Of a stretch of 64,000 bases of DNA, positions 62,421 to 64,000 are shown in pieces (positions within the stretch are counted from its first letter, which is position 1; each line of letters starts with the position of its first letter). Position numbers and translations under genes: made by a program. The notes under the pieces were generated by a model that was not told where the DNA came from, ran no database searches, and saw nothing but the letters and a program-made list of their open reading frames with translations. The stretch comes from Escherichia coli (GTDB taxonomy: Bacteria; Pseudomonadota; Gammaproteobacteria; Enterobacterales; Enterobacteriaceae). The stretch lies in the NCBI RefSeq assembly GCF_024298765.1, contig NZ_CP101210.1; one strand, written 5' to 3'.

Positions 62421-64000
62421 ATGGCAGTAAAGATTTCAGGTGTACTGAAAGACGGCACAGGAAAACCGGTACAGAACTGCACAATCCAGCTGAAAGCAAA
62501 ACGTAACAGCACCACGGTGGTGGTGAACACGCTGGCATCTGAAAATCCGGATGAAGCCGGGCGTTACAGTATGGACGTTGAGTACGGTCAGTACAGCGTT
62601 ATTCTGTTGGTGGAGGGATTCCCGCCGTCACATGCCGGGACCATCACCGTGTATGAAGATTCTCAACCCGGTACGCTGAATGATTTTCTCGGTGCCATGA
62701 CGGAGGATGATGCCCGTCCGGAGGCACTGCGCCGTTTTGAGCTGATGGTGGAAGAGGTGGCGCGTAACGCGTCCGCAGTGGCACAGAACACGGCAGCCGC
62801 AAAGAAGTCAGCCAGCGATGCCGGCACATCTGCCCGTGAGGCGGCAACCCATGCGACTGATGCTGCAGACTCAGCACGCGCAGCCAGCACGTCAGCCGGA
62901 CAGGCCGCGTCGTCGGCTCAGTCAGCGTCTTCCAGCGCAGGAACGGCATCAGCAAAGGCCACTGAAGCGGAAAAAAGTGCTGCCGCTGCAGAGTCCTCAA
63001 AAAGCGCGGCAGCTACCAGTGCCGGTGCCGCGAAAACGTCTGAAACGAATGCTTCAGCGTCACAACAATCAGCCGCCACTTCTGCATCCACCGCGACCAC
63101 GAAAGCGTCAGAAGCAGCCACTTCAGCACGGGATGCGTCGGCCTCAAAAGAGGCAGCGAAATCATCAGAAACGAACGCAGCCTCGAGCGCCAGTAGTGCC
63201 GCTTCCTCGGCAACGGCGGCAGCAAATTCTGCGAAGGTGGCAAAAACGTCCGAGACGAACGCCAGGTCTTCTGAAACGGCAGCGGGACAGAGCGCCTCAG
63301 CTGCGGCAGGCTCAAAAACAGCGGCTGCATTATCTGCCAGTGCCGCGTCAACAAGTGCCGGGCAGGCCTCAGCCAGTGCCACCGCCGCCGGAAAATCGGC
63401 AGAAAGTGCTGCATCGTCTGCTTCAACAGCCACAACGAAGGCTGGCGAAGCCACTGAACAGGCCAGCGCAGCAGCGAGTTCTGCTTCCGCAGCGAAGACA
63501 TCCGAAACGAACGCGAAAGCGTCGGAAACCAGCGCAGAATCCTCAAAAACGGCTGCCGCATCGTCAGCCAGTTCGGCGGCGTCATCGGCATCATCTGCGT
63601 CTGCTTCAAAAGATGAGGCGACCAGACAGGCGTCAGCAGCAAAGGGCAGCGCCACGACGGCATCCACGAAGGCGACAGAGGCAGCTGGCAGTGCGACGGC
63701 GGCAGCTCAGAGCAAAAGTACGGCGGAATCCGCGGCAACGCGCGCCGAGACAGCGGCAAAACGGGCAGAGGATATTGCATCCGCCGTGGCGCTTGAGGAT
63801 GCGAGCACGACGAAAAAGGGGATAGTCCAGCTAAGCAGCGCGACCAACAGCACTTCCGAGTCACAGGCGGCAACGCCAAAAGCCGTTAAGGCCGCGTATG
63901 AGCTGGCTAACGGGAAATACACCGCACAGGATGCAACGACAGCACAGAAAGGGATAGTTCAGCTTAGCAACGCGACCAACAGCACATCTGAAATGCTGGC
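62421..64000 (+). CDS. Side tail fibre protein (Stf-like), 3' end outside window
   Basis: MAVKISGVLKDGTGKPVQNCTIQLKAKRNSTTVVVNT... matches recalled lambda Stf N-terminus; frame stays open through the Ala/Ser-rich repeat region to the window end. Confidence 0.85.
   Translation, partial: MAVKISGVLKDGTGKPVQNCTIQLKAKRNSTTVVVNTLASENPDEAGRYSMDVEYGQYSVILLVEGFPPSHAGTITVYEDSQPGTLNDFLGAMTEDDARPEALRRFELMVEEVARNASAVAQNTAAAKKSASDAGTSAREAATHATDAADSARAASTSAGQAASSAQSASSSAGTASAKATEAEKSAAAAESSKSAAATSAGAAKTSETNASASQQSAATSASTATTKASEAATSARDASASKEAAKSSETNAASSASSAASSATAAANSAKVAKTSETNARSSETAAGQSASAAAGSKTAAALSASAASTSAGQASASATAAGKSAESAASSASTATTKAGEATEQASAAASSASAAKTSETNAKASETSAESSKTAAASSASSAASSASSASASKDEATRQASAAKGSATTASTKATEAAGSATAAAQSKSTAESAATRAETAAKRAEDIASAVALEDASTTKKGIVQLSSATNSTSESQAATPKAVKAAYELANGKYTAQDATTAQKGIVQLSNATNSTSEML

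Noticed and set aside
62818-63825. 335-aa Arg/Pro/Gln-rich plus-strand ORF, and long minus-strand ORFs at 62918-63667 and 63013-63879
   Set aside because: All lie inside the Ala/Ser-rich repetitive region of the side tail fibre gene, whose true frame matches lambda Stf; they are alternative-frame artefacts of a GC-rich repeat.

Overview
This window is E. coli-type chromosome followed by a largely intact Qin-like lambdoid prophage. Positions 1-23400 carry the conserved block pntB(partial)-tqsA-mdtJI-ydgD-asr-ynfM-ynfL-mlc-ynfK-clcB-dmsD-ynfHGFE-ynfDC-speG-ynfBA-rspAB. From about 23534 to the window end the prophage is inserted in ydfJ: int/xis, a large exonuclease, ydfD-dicB-dicF, the DicA/DicC immunity switch, a replication module, an AT-rich cargo island, hokD/mok, rem-ydfU-quuQ, cold-shock cargo (cspF pseudogene, cspB, cspI), a pinholin/SAR-endolysin/spanin lysis cassette, cos, and a lambda-like head and tail module through lom and a partial side tail fibre. 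The strongest candidate for a novel system is the single gene at 32663-33688 in the AT-rich island. It encodes a 341-aa protein with all four RelA/SpoT synthetase motifs plus a roughly 130-aa C-terminal extension and no separate partner gene, which fits a fused toxSAS toxin-antitoxin (CapRel-like) anti-phage candidate. All identifications rest on reading the translations and recalled family knowledge; no database search was run.
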